In this document: piece after piece, positions 13,948-26,690 of the stretch
Numbering within the stretch: position 1 is the stretch's first letter
Layout: each line of letters starts with the position of its first letter
Position numbers and translations under genes: made by a program
Assembly (NCBI RefSeq): GCF_036321535.1
Contig: NC_087472.1
Coordinates: 102,612,001 to 102,676,000, forward strand
Length of the DNA: 64,000 bases
Direction: 5' to 3'
Source of the DNA: Camelus dromedarius
Lineage: Eukaryota
Notes under the pieces: generated by a model
Seen by the model: only the letters and a program-made list of their open reading frames with translations
Database searches by the model: none
Told to the model about the DNA's origin: nothing

Positions 13948-14185
13948 CAGCGGCACCATCCAATATGGTAGCCACTAACCATAATGGGCTGTTGAGCACT
14001 GGAGTTGTGGCTAGTATGCACTGACATGGGCTGTAAATGTAAAATACTACACACTAGATTTTGAAGACTTAATATATAAAAAAAATATAAAATATCTCAG
14101 CATTTTAAAAGTTGATCACTTGTTGAAATGATATTTTAGATATATTGAGTTCAGTAAAATATATTATTAACATGAATTTCACCTC
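13948..14185. mobile_element. hAT-Charlie DNA transposon (MER33-like)
   Basis: Contains tccaatatggtagccacta...tgtggctagt...tgtaaaatac...aaatatattattaa. Confidence 0.75.
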
Positions 14186-15840
14186 ATAACTTTTCAATCA
14201 AAGGTGCACACCTCTATAGAATTAGATAATCCTAGGAAGGTTGGCTGGAAAATACCCGGCACTCCACTGAAAGGACATTCAGTAATCTTTTGCCCATTTC
14301 CAAGTCTTTGACAAGTTTTCCTAAGAGCATCTTTGTATATTCTTTTGTTACTGTCCTAAGTGATTGGAATAGGATCATTTTTTCTTTTCTAGTTAATATG
14401 GACAAAATATATTTGCAAAATGGATGCTTAAGCCAGAAGCCAATGCTTTAGGAATTATAAAGTTCCCAATAATAAAGTTCACATGTTGGGATTAAGGCAA
14501 ACACTTTAGGAAATGTACAGAATAGAATCAAACACATTTGGAAGGATTGAAACTATTAGAATTAAGTAATAGCATTTTGTCTTGATCCCTTAGCTTATCA
14601 CCCTGTTGTTGAAAGGAACACAATTATAATGGAATAGAAACCAGATTCTTTTCTCCTTTTTAATTAGCTGGAAACAAAACCTGGCTGTTGGTTGACTGGA
14701 TCTAGAATAACTTTTTCATTCCCTATTTTTGAATATTCAAAGTGCCATGTTTTTGAAAGGAAATGAATTCTTCTTTTGTTTAAATAAAAGGACTTTGGAG
14801 ACAGACTTGGAAAAAACAACGGAGTGCTTTTTAAAAAAAATTTTTTTTTTTTTTTGCAATTCTGTGTTTATTCACTTTGCTATGGAGATTGACAAAAATT
14901 AGTGGATATCTGTTGCAAAGTGGAACCCACAAACTATGAAGCGGGTAGGAAAAGTTAAACTTTTGACATTGTCATTTCTAACACTTTAATAATATATATC
15001 TAAGGGAAATTTTAATTTTATTTATCAATTTAAACACCTATCTTCATCTAAGAAGGATTACAGATGGCTGAAAAGGGATTACAGCTGGTAAGTTTAATTT
15101 CAAATATTTAAAAAATATCTCAAATTTTAAGTTGATGATTGTCCCCTAGAGTTGGCTCCTCCAATCTTGATTTAATATTTGGGACGTGTTCCCTCTCTTG
15201 CTCTGGCTCAGATCAAAGCAGTTCACAGAGGTTTGGTGGTGGTGTATGGGGGGAGGGAGAGACAGTCAGGTCCTACCCCACTGTGAGATCCCCTTTCTCT
15301 GTGCCCTGAACTCTGGCTCAGTTCCTCTGGGCTAGAATGGTCATGGAATTGTGGGCAAGTGTTTGTATTAGTAATTAATTAGCGGCCAAAGGAATAAAGC
15401 AGCTTAAAGCTTTGCTTTTCCACTTGCCTCTATGGTGTCAAGCTTTCATGCAGAAATTGGCCTGGAAGTTCCCCACTGTGTTTTTATTTCTGCAATGATT
15501 CGAGTCGTTTAAATAACAAAAAATTAAGTTCGGTTCTTAAAGCTTATTTTGTTTAATGTTATGACTGAATGGCCATCGAACAATTCTGCAAAAATTAGAA
15601 TTACATGTAATATAATTATTATTAACACTGTATAACATTGGTGGGGATAAACAATTATAAGGTTTTTCCTAAATGTATCCACTTAATGCATTCTCTCAGT
15701 AGTGAGTTTTGTCAGTCTCTTTCCCTATTTAATTGTTTGAAAGGTTTTAATAATTGCTTTTTAACAGAAAATTAGTATTAACAGTCATTCTTATTATTGC
15801 AATATTTCGCTCTTGCACTAGAAAATACGTACTTGTACAC

Positions 15841-16115
15841 CTTTGGAGAAATGTCTATTTGAATCCTTTCGTCACTTTAAAATGGACATATTTGCCTTTC
15901 TATTATTGAGTTGTAAGAGTTCTTTACCTATTCTAGATGCTAGTCCCTTATTAGATACATGATTTGTAAAAAATATTCTCCAGTTCCATAGATTGTCTTT
16001 TGACTTTCTTGATTTGCAGTGTAAAAGTTTTTAATTTTCATGAAGTCAGTTTATCTTTTTTTTTTTCCTTTTGTCATTTGTGCTTTTGGTGTCCGATCTA
16101 AGAAACCATTGCCTA
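15841..16115 (-). mobile_element. Old L1M fragment
   Basis: Contains ctttggagaaatgtctatt...tattgagttgtaagagttcttta...tctaagaaaccattgcct. Confidence 0.8.
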
Positions 16116-16197
16116 CAGGTAATTAGCTTTTAATGTCTCCTACAGAACATAGAAGAGGCTGAGTAAGCACTTGCAGTAATGATGTGACTGTGTTTGT

Positions 16198-17328
16198 CTT
16201 TTTAAAGTAGACTTTATTTTTAGAGGAGTTTTAGGTTCACAGCAAAATTGAGTAGAAAATACAGAGATTTCCTATATACCTCTTGCCCCACACATGCCCA
16301 GCCTCCCCCACTATCAACATCCCCCACCAGAGGGGTCCACTTGTTACAATCTATGAACCTGCACAGACACATCATCCAACCCAAAGTCCATAGTTTACAT
16401 TACAGTTCACTCTTGGTGTTCTACATTCTATCGATTTTGGCAGACGTATCATGACATGTGTTCATTATCGTAATATCATATAGAGTATTTTCACTGCCCT
16501 AAAAATTCTCTGTTCTACCTATTCATCCCTCCCCCTTGACCCCAACCCCTGGCAACCACTGATCTTTTTTACTGCCTCCATAGTTTTGCCTTCTTCAGAA
16601 TGTCATAGAGTTGGAATCATACAGGATGTAGCCTTTTCAGACTGGCTTCCTTCACTTAGTGATACACATTTAAGATTTCTCCATATCTTTCCATGGCTTG
16701 GTAGCTCATTTCTTTTTAGTGCTGAATAATATTCCATTATTTGGATATTCCACAGTTTATCCATTCACCTACTGAAGGATAGCTTGGTTGCTTCCAAGTT
16801 TTGACAGTTATGAATAAAGCTGCTATAAACATCTGTATGCAAGTTTTTTGTAGACATAAATTTTCACATACTTTCGGCTAATACCAAGGAGTACAATTCC
16901 TGGATTGTTTAGAGAGCATGTTTAGTTTTGTAAGAAACTGCCAAACTGTCTTCCAAGTGGCTGTACCATTTTTGCATGTCCACCAGTAATAAATGAGAGT
17001 TCCTGTTGCTTCACTTCCTCACTAGCATTTGATGTGGTTGGTGTTCTGGATTTTAGGTGTGTAGTGGTATCTCACTGTTATTTTAATTTGCAATTCCCTA
17101 AAGACATATGAGGTTGAACATCTTTTCATGTGCTTATTTGCCATCTGTGTGTCTTCTTTGGTGAGGTGTCTGTTCAGATCTTTTGGCCATTTTTTAATTG
17201 CGTGGTTCATTTTTCTTATTGTTGCGTTTCAAGAGTTCTTTGTATATTTTGGGTAACAGTCTTTTATCAGAGATGTCTTTTGCAAATATTTTCTCCCAGT
17301 TTGTGGCTTATCTTCTCATTCTCTTGAT
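16198..17328 (-). mobile_element. L1MB/L1MC1-like 3' end
   Basis: Starts tagactttattt...ttttaggttcacagcaaaattgag. ORF2 C-terminal remnant [30 protein letters not shown]. Confidence 0.9.
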
Positions 17329-17790
17329 GTGACTGTTGTCTTGTTGACTCATTCACTTTCATTTATTGAGCATCTACTGTGGTCCAGGTTCTCCACAGGC
17401 TCTGGGGATATAAAAGTGATTTATACATAATCATAATTACTGGTAGGTGCTCTTAGCCAAATGGAGGACAAGGACAAGTAAATGGGTGATTAGAACATCC
17501 TTCTAAGACAAGCTGTCTCAGGCTTCTTGAAGAGGAGGCTGAGACAGGAAGAAGCAAAAGGATTTGACAGCAGGCACAAGTGGACTGGGTGCAGAGAGCA
17601 CTTCATCACTCTGACGTAGTAAGTTATTGTCAATACAATCATTAGCTACTACTGTTACGGAAGCAGTTTGTCTACGCCAAAGGTAGGCAAACTATGGTGG
17701 TGGGCCAAATCCAGCCTGCTACCTGCTTTTATGAATAAAGTTTTATTGGGACACATTCATGCCCATGCATTCACAGTGTGGCCACTTTTT

Positions 17791-18197
17791 TTTTTTTTGT
17801 AGTTTTTTCTCGACTTTATTTTCTTAGTTATGAAATTATGAAATGCAATAAAAATTACAAACATTTTGTGTCCAATTTTATACACAGTAAAAAGAAATAT
17901 TTTCTTGTGCGATAAATGTTAATTATAAGGTTTTGGGTCTCATTTTTCTCCAAGTTTATTTTTATCAAAATGCATAATTTGGTAATGTTAATAGAGATGA
18001 TTAATGTAGGAGAAAGTGATTTCAGTCACTGGTGATAAATGCTATCTTGCAACTAATTTTTTTTATTTAAACTTTTTTTTATTGAGTTATAGTCATTTTA
18101 TAATGTTGTGTCAAATTCCAGTGTAGAGCACAATTTTCCAATTATACATGAACATACATACATTCATTGTCACATTCTCTTTCGCTGTGAGCCACCG
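17791..18197 (-). mobile_element. 5'-truncated camelid L1 with 3' transduced flank
   Basis: TSD agtgtggccacttttt at 17775-17790 and 18198-18213. L1 3' end at ~18057-18197. Non-L1 segment at ~17799-18056, with a minus-strand AATAAA at 17815-17820. Confidence 0.85.
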
Positions 18198-18232
18198 AGT
18201 GTGGCCACTTTTTGTGCAACAATGGCAGAGTA

Positions 18233-18328
18233 GGTGGGGAGGGTAGAGCTCAGTAGTAGAGCATGTGCTTAGCATGCACAAAGTCCTGGGCCCAATCCTC
18301 AGTACCACCACTTAAAATCCAAAGGAAA
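18233..18328 (+). mobile_element. Vic-1-like SINE
   Basis: Body gtagagctcagtagtagagcatgtgcttagcatgcac. Degenerate TSD aatggcagagta / aatgatagagta. Confidence 0.88.
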
Positions 18329-18684
18329 AATGATAGAGTAGTTGTAACAGTCAGTCTGGCCCACAGAGACTCAAATATTTCCTAATAGGCCCTTTACAGA
18401 AAAAATTTGCTCACCCCTTGTTCTAGGTAGAGATTTATTGGCAAATGCTTATACCCAGTCTGTTTTTTTTTTTTAAGAGCATTGCTAATTTGAGTGCACC
18501 TGGCAACTATTTATATGTCTGCAAGTAATTTTGTCTGTTTTTCAGAATTGCCCCCTGATTTAAAATCTTAGCTAATTAATTTTCTCCCAACAATTCTGCA
18601 TAATTAACTTAAAATAAACTATAAATGATAATAATAACTTGCTCAACCTCCAAAAATAAATTTAAATATTTGTTCTTTTGTCAA

Positions 18685-18867
18685 TTTTTTTTTTTTTTAG
18701 TTTTTTTTTTTTTTAAGAGTGATTTATTTATTTAGGTCTTTTTTTGGAGGGGAGAGGTAATTAGGTTTATTTATTTCTTTTATTTTTAGAGGAGATACTG
18801 GGGATTGAATCCAGGACCTCGTGCATGCTAAGCATGTGCTCTACCACTTGAGCTATACCCTTCCCCC
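18685..18867 (-). mobile_element. Vic-1-like SINE, long-tail form
   Basis: SINE body plus the gaggtaattaggttt tail, long poly-T, flanking ttgtcaa repeat. Confidence 0.9.
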
Positions 18868-19394
18868 TTGTCAAGTTTTATTGTTTCTTTCATGGTTTAT
18901 ATTTCTCTTTAAAATTACAAACAAATTCATGTTCATTTCAGGAAAATCAGATATTAGGGACAGGCAAAAGAAGAACATTAACCTATAATCCCACCTAGCC
19001 TCCTAGGAAAAAACCTTTTTGGAGCCTCAGTATGTAACGTTTGAGGCCCTTTTCTGTGCATATGTACATATTTTATTATAATTTTTTACATAAATGAAAC
19101 TGTGCTGTGCCAAGATACCAAGTATCTTTAACAGGTATAGACTATCCTCATTCTTCTGTTTCTACATGATTCATGTGATCAGGGCTGGTCTACTCATGAA
19201 AGATACCAAGGGAGGTTACCTACAGACTTGTCCACTTGTTTGTGTTTGCATCCTTTCAGGGACAAAGGGAAGATGCTACAAGAAATGGATTGGTTGGCTG
19301 CCCCATGAAACTGTTAAGTGGTCAGGTATCATGAAACTGTCTTTGGCTTTCTAGACGCTCCTCTGACAAGCGTGGAGCCCAAAAGCTAGGACTC

Positions 19395-19956
19395 TATATC
19401 AGTTATCTAGTACTCCAATAATGCTGTATGACAAACAACCACCGAAACCTTAGTCTTTAAGCAACAATAAGATCTGCTGCTCACACATCTAGGCTGGTAA
19501 GGTAGGTGTCTCTGCTGCTCTTGGCTGGGCTCACTCACATATTGGGACTTGGCTGGCTGTAGGTTCCTATCGGCTGGGCTTGGCCGATCATGACTTGGCT
19601 CATTCCTTTGTCTGAGAGTTCTGGGGCCTTGCTCTCTTGTCTGGGGGTCTGCAGGCTATTGGCTGATTTAGGCTGATTTAGCCTCAGCCAGGCTGACTAT
19701 GGCCGTGTTCCACATGTCTTTTATCTTCCTGCAGGGTATCCTGGGCTTGTTCTTAGAGCAATTTCAGAGCAAGTGGGAACATGCAAGACCTCTTGTGTTC
19801 TAGGCCTCATCTATTGGCCAAAGCTCCTGGGTGAGCTCAGACTGAAGCGGGTGAGGAAGGAGACTCTGCATCTTTAGTGAGATGAACTACAAAATCACGT
19901 GACTGAAGTTGTGGCGACAAGGATGGGGGAGAATTGGTGCAATCAGTCTACCACAG
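19395..19956 (-). mobile_element. MaLR LTR (MLT1 family)
   Basis: Runs from tatcagttatcta...ataatgctgtatgacaaacaaccac to caatcagtctaccaca. Confidence 0.75.
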
Positions 19957-20509
19957 ACTCTAATCATGTGGCTGAGGGCACTGCAGGTGATGCATATGTT
20001 TCAGGAGGAGCAGAGTTCCACTGGTGCCTGGTCTCAGCTAATGTATGTCAAATGACAGTTCTTCTCATTTTCCATCTCTAAGAGGAACTACTCTATAAAG
20101 GACTCCCAGCAAGGTACTCTGACATTTCTTTTTGGTTTGCTTTCTTTTATAAAAAAGTAATCAGATTGCAGATGCATTTTTTTCTGATCGTCCTGGAGTA
20201 CTTCGAGTTAAGAGAGGAGGACATGGTCTGTGCCACTTGAGGACAGATCTATTTTCACTAGCAAAGCTGGAGAATTTTTTGAGCTCTTCTGGTTTGTAAG
20301 TTTATTGTAACTGGACTTCCCTTTCAGATAAAGTTCAAGAGGATACCTCAGTTTCTTTGTGAGATATTATATTAGCTCTCTGAAAATCCTGTCTACAATG
20401 CTCACATCATGATGCCTACTTTTTTAGAGTTACCTATTGACGTCATATTTTCTCATTTCTCCCTTAATATCTTTGTGCTAGTAGAGTTCTCCCAGGCTTG
20501 AAGTGAAAA

Positions 20510-20700
20510 GACCAGTCTGAGCCCTACCCTTCCTCTTCCCCTCACTTAGCTATATGAACTTGGGCGAGACACTTAAGTTCCCTGGGCCTCAATTTCTTTT
20601 TCTGTAAAATGGGAATAACAGATCATGCTATCTATCCAGCATACCTTGCACAGGGTTGCTCTCAGGATCAGATGTCCGAGTGTAAACTAGTAATGCAAGG
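20510..20700 (+). mobile_element. MIR SINE
   Basis: Core cacttagctatatgaacttgggc...cctcaatttc...tctgtaaaatgggaataa. Confidence 0.75.
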
Positions 20701-21513
20701 TTTATTAGGTGAGAACGGTTGCTTCTGCTCTTACACCCTCCACTGTGTTCATTAGGTAACATTTTGTGGTTGTCATTAAAGAGATACAATTTCCTCTAAG
20801 GAGTTCGAGTTTTAGAATGGCTTATTGTCTGAGCCTAGTAAATTCAAGCTTATATGATAATCAGTTAGTTAATATTTTATGCAAATGCTGAAATAATAAT
20901 AATAAAACAAGGACAGGCTTTAGCTTCAGTGAAGGAGGTAATGATTTATGTAATAGAAAGGGAGAAGCGCTCGGAAAATTTCCAGTATAAACATAATACA
21001 TCTTTTATGCTGATGTCTGCAATTCAATTATCAGAGTTTTCCCTTTGCGTTAAGCACTGCCCCTTTCCCCACGTTCCATTTTAAAAGCCAATAACCTCGA
21101 AAAGAATAATGTGTAAATTTGCTAACAAGTCAGTACAAACGTGTTTATCAGACAGCGTACTTTTCCTGTTAGGAGGTGGCAAACCCGACAGGCCTCTAGG
21201 CCTAGGAAGAGGGGGTGGGAATTAGGGAAGAAGAAATGAGTTTGGGAGCAGAAATCAGGATGGTGGGGCTGGTTAGAAGAGAAACCAAGGAAAACTGCAA
21301 GTCCCTGCAAAGATAATTCCTATCAACTTCAGATTTCACAACCTCACCACCTGGCCCAGTCTGAACGTTCCTGCCCCTACTCACGTGTTTCAACCTGAAT
21401 TGCCCTGCCCAGGAATCAAGTGGAACCAGGTGTCTTGCGTTTAGATACTCTGGAGAACCTAGCTGGGTTGGCTGGTGGCAGTTGGGTGGGGTCAGACCTG
21501 CCTCTGTAACCAC

Positions 21514-21528
21514 CTCGCCCTCTAGTGG
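21514..21528 (-). promoter_or_regulatory. Candidate CTCF binding site
   Basis: The minus strand reads CCACTAGAGGGCGAG, a close match to the CTCF core CCASYAGRKGGCRS. Confidence 0.6.
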
Positions 21529-21619
21529 TGAGGTGGGTGTGGGCAGCCTTTCCTCCAAGTAGGTGCCTTGCAGGAATTGTACCTCCCTGTGGGCTTATAA
21601 AGGAATAAGGATGCTTCTT

Positions 21620-21755
21620 TTTTCTTTTTTTAAAAATTTATTTTATTTTATTATTACTTTTTTGATGGAGGCACTGGGGATTGAACCCAGGACCTCATGC
21701 ATGCTAAACACATGCTCTGTCACTGAGCCGTCCCCCCTTCCCCCCCTCCCCCCAC
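21620..21755 (-). mobile_element. Vic-1-like SINE
   Basis: SINE body with TSD aggatgcttctttt / aggatacttctttt. Confidence 0.9.
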
Positions 21756-21999
21756 AGGATACTTCTTTTAAACAAATGCATAACAATCCAGCATCTGTGC
21801 TGTGCTGAGACTAGGACATGAGAGGCCCCTGCTCTGGGCCCCACACATCATAAACAATGAAAGGCGATGACTTTTGGAATTTTTTTTGAATTTATAAAAT
21901 TTCAAAGTTGCAAAAAGTTTGATGAATTTTACAGTTTTAAAAGCATTTTAAAAATTGTGATCACTGATTAAGTTACTGGGAATTATGAGAGAGAGATGC

Positions 22000-22450
22000 A
22001 TTAACCGACCCAGGCCCCTTAGGCCGGAAAGACCACAACCCCCACCGCCCCAAACCCCAGCCAAAGAATGGGAGGCTGAGAGCCCGTAAGTGTGTGGGAA
22101 ATGCTGCCTCTGCCCCAGAAAACCTGAAGAAGAGTGGCTGCTCGCCTTTCAAGTTGATGGCCCTCCTGTGGGTGATTAAGCAATCAGGGTTTCCCAGGTA
22201 ACTGCGTTCCCCTCTTCCCTTCCGCTCAGCTGGTGGAGTTTTGGGAAGTGCTTAAAACTGCCTCCTGGCTCCTTGACGAGCTGGATCAGTCGAGTTGCGG
22301 CAGGTCCGGTGGTCAGACCTGGGTCTGGCTTCCCCCACCGGCTACCCCAAGAGAACCATTCTGTCGTCTAGACTCAGCTCCGTCAGCTCTCTGAGGTAAC
22401 GATGGCCCCCAGGCTAGTGGGTGTTGGGTGGGAACGTGGGCCGGGCTGTT
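22000..22450 (+). promoter_or_regulatory. GC/CpG-enriched candidate promoter and non-coding first exon
   Basis: CpG density is visibly above the flanks in non-repeat sequence. GC-box-like ccgcccc near 22045. Donor-like GAG|GTAACG at 22395/22396. Confidence 0.35.
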
Positions 22451-22609
22451 GCTCTAGTTTGGTTTGTAAGTTCTGTTTCTTTAGGATTATGGGATGTGGC
22501 CCTCCGTCTGTATTATGGCTTCCTGGCTCTGCAAATGTTACTTTGCACAGTAGCTTGGAGGGCTTTATGATCTTTCAACGTGGCTTTGAACCCCTTCTCT
22601 GGAGTACTT

Positions 22610-23045
22610 CCTATTGAATTGTGTTCCCCTGAAAAGATAGTTTGAAGTCCTAATCCCTGGTACCTGTGAATGTGAGGAAATAGGGTTTGGAATATGTGGA
22701 TATAGGGTCTTTGTAGATGTAATGAAGTTAAGATGAGGTCCTTAGCGCAGCCCGTAAGAAGGGGGAAACACCAAGACAAAAGACACACAGGGAGGAGATG
22801 GCCAGGGGAAGATGGCGGCAGAGATTGGAGTGATGCTGTCAGAAGCCGAGGAACACCTGGGGCTGTTAGAAACTCGTAGAGGCAGGGAAGGATTCTCCCC
22901 TACAGACTTTGGCATTGGAGCATGGCCTTGCTAACATCTTGATTTTGAACTTTTAGCCTCCAGAACTGGAAGAGAAGACACTTTCACTGTTTAAAGCCAC
23001 CAAGTGTGTAGTACTTTGTAACAGCAGTCCTAGAAAATGAATACA
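22610..23045 (+). mobile_element. MaLR LTR (MLT1B/C-like)
   Basis: Runs from ttgaattgtgttcccc...gaagtcctaatccctggtacctgtgaatgtga to tttgtaacagcagtcctagaaaatgaataca. Confidence 0.88.
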
Positions 23046-24699
23046 GCTTCAAAGATGGTCTTGGAGTTACCTAAAGAGAATCGGCTTTATCCTTTAGGGA
23101 TATCCCCTCTTGAAGCCTTTGTCAGTGGTAAATACATTCCTGACCAAGCTGCAAAATGGTTTCCAACCAAGAGCCCTCAAATGGCTTTAAGAAGCCTCAT
23201 TGGGATGAGAGTATTGTCCTCACACAGTGTCTGATTCTAATGTCACAGACAGAAACACCGAGACCAGCATATATTCTCGTGTCTTCTGGGTTAAAGTGAC
23301 TGCAGCATCCTGTCTGTGTAGTGACATTTTGCACATTCAGTTCCCAAGACAGAACTGGAACAGATGTGATTGCTAGTAAAAACCCAGGGTGTTTTTTTTT
23401 TAAATTCTTATGGGTTAAATTAATTCACTTTTATAGAAATATGCTGCTGATTTACCTTTCCAAGGGGAAGTTGGTAAATTGTTTTGTACTTCCAGATCAT
23501 ATGAAGGTTTAAAGAATTAAAAAAAAAATATTCCAGTTCAGTCCCTCCAAAGTCATTTTCAGTCTTAGGAAGTGGAAATGAAGCTTACACCTGTATTTCC
23601 TAAGGGACCAAAGTAATACAATTTGTATAAAATAATCATAGGTAATGAGAGGAAAGTGGATCTTTGCATTAAAGTAAACTCAGCCCGGATATCGCTCTTT
23701 TCAGGGTCTGCTTTTTAGAACCCCGTTTAGCTTTTAAATAGACTCTTTTTTCCTGACTTGCTTTGATGAACCACTCTCATCTTAGTGATTATTCCTGACA
23801 CTTAGCTGCTCGTGCAATTAACTGGGCCTTTCTTTCCTCGTGGAGAAGGACTATATACAGCTAAATGCATTTGTTAAGTGTTCCCTTGACTTGGAAGAGT
23901 AGCTGTGCATAAGCAGTTAAGATGATGCCACGAGTAGTTGCAAGTTGGTGACAGAGAACCCAACCACTCACTCCTAGCAAAGCTGTGAGTGGTTATTGGC
24001 ACGTGCCCACTCTGCCTTCCTTCTCTTCCCTCACTAAAACTCGCAGAGTTACCAGCTAAGCTGGTACTTATCTCAGGGAATGGAAAAGAAAATCCAGTAA
24101 GCTTCTCTAAGAATTGAGAACTCCATTCATCACTACAGGTGACTGCATTTTTGGCAAGATGTTGAAATGGGAAATGACTCAGAACAAGAATTGAATTTCT
24201 TGTGATGGGATTTTCGATAACCAGGTGGGAGACATTTTTCCCTCTTGGCATGGCTGTGCCTGGGCTTCAGTCTGGCCCAGCAGGTAGAACAGGCAGAGCT
24301 GGAATAAATCAGTGAGACTGTAGTAGAGAAACATGGCTTCCTACTAGAGCCTCTTTTCCCCTTTGTAGCAAAGGGCTATTGTTGGGGCTACATTTCCCCG
24401 ATGCCTTGCATCTCAGGGGTGTTAAGGTTTGTGAGTGGAAAGGATGTGTCCACTCTTGGTTGGAGGTGATGGAGAAACGAGTGTACCTTCTCCTCCCTGA
24501 CTTTGCTCATCTGCTGGTCGTCTTCAGGGGACTCTTAGGCCCTGTGAAGGTGAAGCCAGAAGGACCAGGGATGGAAGGAGCCTGCCTCTGCATCACCACA
24601 TGGAGGGAAACTGCCCTGCACTATTTTGAGAGCCAGAAGTGAAGTCTGATTCACTGGAGTCACTGCTTTGTTTCACCTCCTTAGTGCTTATTACTACTG

Positions 24700-24860
24700 A
24701 ACAATCTATATATTGTTGTTTGTTTCTCCTGCATATGTGTGTAAATCCCACGAGGGCAGAGGTTTTTGTCTGTCTTGGTAAGCTGTGCTGTATCCTCAGG
24801 GTCTAGAACATTGCCTGGAACATAATAAGTGCTTGATAATGTTTGCTGAAGGAATGAATG
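24700..24860 (+). mobile_element. L2 3' end
   Basis: Contains gagggcagaggtttttgtctgt...tctagaacattgcctgg...gaaggaatgaatg. Confidence 0.75.
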
Positions 24861-24961
24861 TGGGACTAAATGCAAAGATTGTAGTTGTGGTATAATAGAA
24901 TTTGGAGATCTTAATCCTGATTTCACCAGATACCATGACCAGAGAATTTTATTCAAGGCTA

Positions 24962-24963
<2 letters not shown>

Positions 24964-25016
<53 letters not shown>

Positions 25017-25022
25017 GTGTGT
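24964..25022. repeat. (TG)n microsatellite
   Basis: About 29 dinucleotide units with two TA interruptions. Confidence 0.97.
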
Positions 25023-25082
25023 TTGAAAATGAGATGGGATCCCAGGGTTCAGAATCATTTACTCAGAATTACAGTTGAAGGA

Positions 25083-25445
25083 TCTCAGTTATCTATTGCT
25101 GTATAACAGATTGCCCCCAAATTTAGTGACTTAAAACAACAAAAATTTCTCATCACATAGTTTCTGAGGGTCTGGAATATGGAAGTAGTTTGGCCAGTAG
25201 TTCTGGCTCAGGGTCTCTCGAGAGGTTGTAGCCAAGCTGTCCACCTAGACTTCAGCCATTTGATGACTTGACTGAGGCTGGAGGATTTGCTTCCAAGATG
25301 GTACGCTCATGTGGCTGTTAATCAGAAGGTCTTAGATACTCATGGCTATTGGTCAGAAACCTCCCTCAGTTCATGACATCAGTCTTTCCATAGGCCAGCT
25401 TATAGTATGGCAGCTGGCTTCTCCCAGAGCAAGTAATCCAAGAGA
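25083..25445 (-). mobile_element. MaLR LTR (MLT1 family) fragment
   Basis: Contains cagttatctattgctgtataaca...aaatttagtgacttaaaacaac. Confidence 0.78.
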
Positions 25446-25559
25446 AGGCTTGGATTCTGTGCATTTTATGTAGATGATCTGAATCTTCTTGGTAGCTTGA
25501 ATTGCCACTTACGTCCCCTTGTCAGTGGAAAAGGCACAGGCTTAAATCTGCTTACTCTT

Positions 25560-25815
25560 GTTCACTGTATTTTCCTGTTACTTCCCCGTAACACGCTTCC
25601 CACCGCACTCTTCTGTTTTGTCTTAGCTAAAGATGGTATTTAAGCCTAAATTCTCAGCCAGCTCTGTGAGTTACTCATTTTCCCCTAGGCCTCTCCCATG
25701 TATACATGAGGTATACATATTAATAAATCTGTTTGTTTTCTCTTGCTAACCTGACTTGGTTACAGGGGCCACAGATGAAAACAAAGGGTGGAGGGAAAAT
25801 TATTTTTGCCTCTCC
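25560..25815 (+). mobile_element. 3' fragment of an ERV1 LTR related to 5959-6512
   Basis: Shares ttttgtcttagctaaagatg...ctctccc...tttgttttctc text with the LTR at 6310-6510. Confidence 0.65.
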
Positions 25816-26690
25816 TCCCTCCAGAAGTTAGATGGGACTGGGTTTTGAACCCAAGGCTGAATGATGTAGGGGCTCTCTCTCCACGCAGCTCAGCTATGCT
25901 CATTTTTTCCCTAACTGCATTCTGTCCTTTCCAGTGGGCAGATAATAAACACAGTGTTGATTCATACCCATTATTTTTGTTTCTAGTACCCTCCAGAACC
26001 CCAAAAGGGAAAATGAGGTGAGTAGCCAGGCAGGATTATAGCATTCCAAGGCCCCTGACCTTAATACCATCAATTCCAGCTTTTAAATCCCATTCTCTTT
26101 CCATAGTACCATCAAGGGGTAATTTAGAACAGACATTGAGCAAGCAGGAGGAGTTGGGAAATGCAGCAATGGCCAAATGCCATTTGGAGGGTATTTTTAG
26201 TTACCTAAATAAACTGTATTTCCAGAGCTGCAGAGTGTCTGCAGAGCTTATGGGTTTTGTGCAGTAAATAAAGCAATGGAAATGCCACGAAGGAGCCCAG
26301 CCAGATGACTCCATTTGTGTGCATTCTGCTCCAGAGGAGTCCCTTAAACAGCAGACGGGCTCCGTGTGACTCAGCGAACGCACACAGGCTGCTCTCCAGC
26401 ACCGCTGCCTCCCTCCTCCTCTGGATGTTGTGTGCCAGTCTCGCCAAACCACGCCCAGAGCAGTTTCCCAGTGAGAATTCTGCAGGGCGTTAGTTATCCA
26501 GAGAAACAGAGTTCTGTGATCAGATGAGTTTTGGAAGCGCTACACTGAGAGTTCAGTAGAGTTTCTTCCCTGTAGGACACCGTAGTGCTGCTAAAACACT
26601 ACTGTGTATTTTGGGGGTGGTATGTTAAGCTGTGCTTTCCAAACCCACTTGAACAGGAACTCTTTTCTTTGAAGAACAAACATTAGTATT

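Larger units (their letters stand above)
17680..18422. mobile_element. MER58-like hAT transposon hosting two later insertions
   Basis: Left end ggcaaacta...gggccaaatccagcctgc; right end ggccctttacagaaaaaatttgctcacccc. Interrupted at 17791-18213 and 18233-18340. Confidence 0.82.

Noticed and set aside
24681..25058. 125-aa ORF with a TH repeat
   Set aside because: Translation of the (TG)n microsatellite plus L2 sequence.
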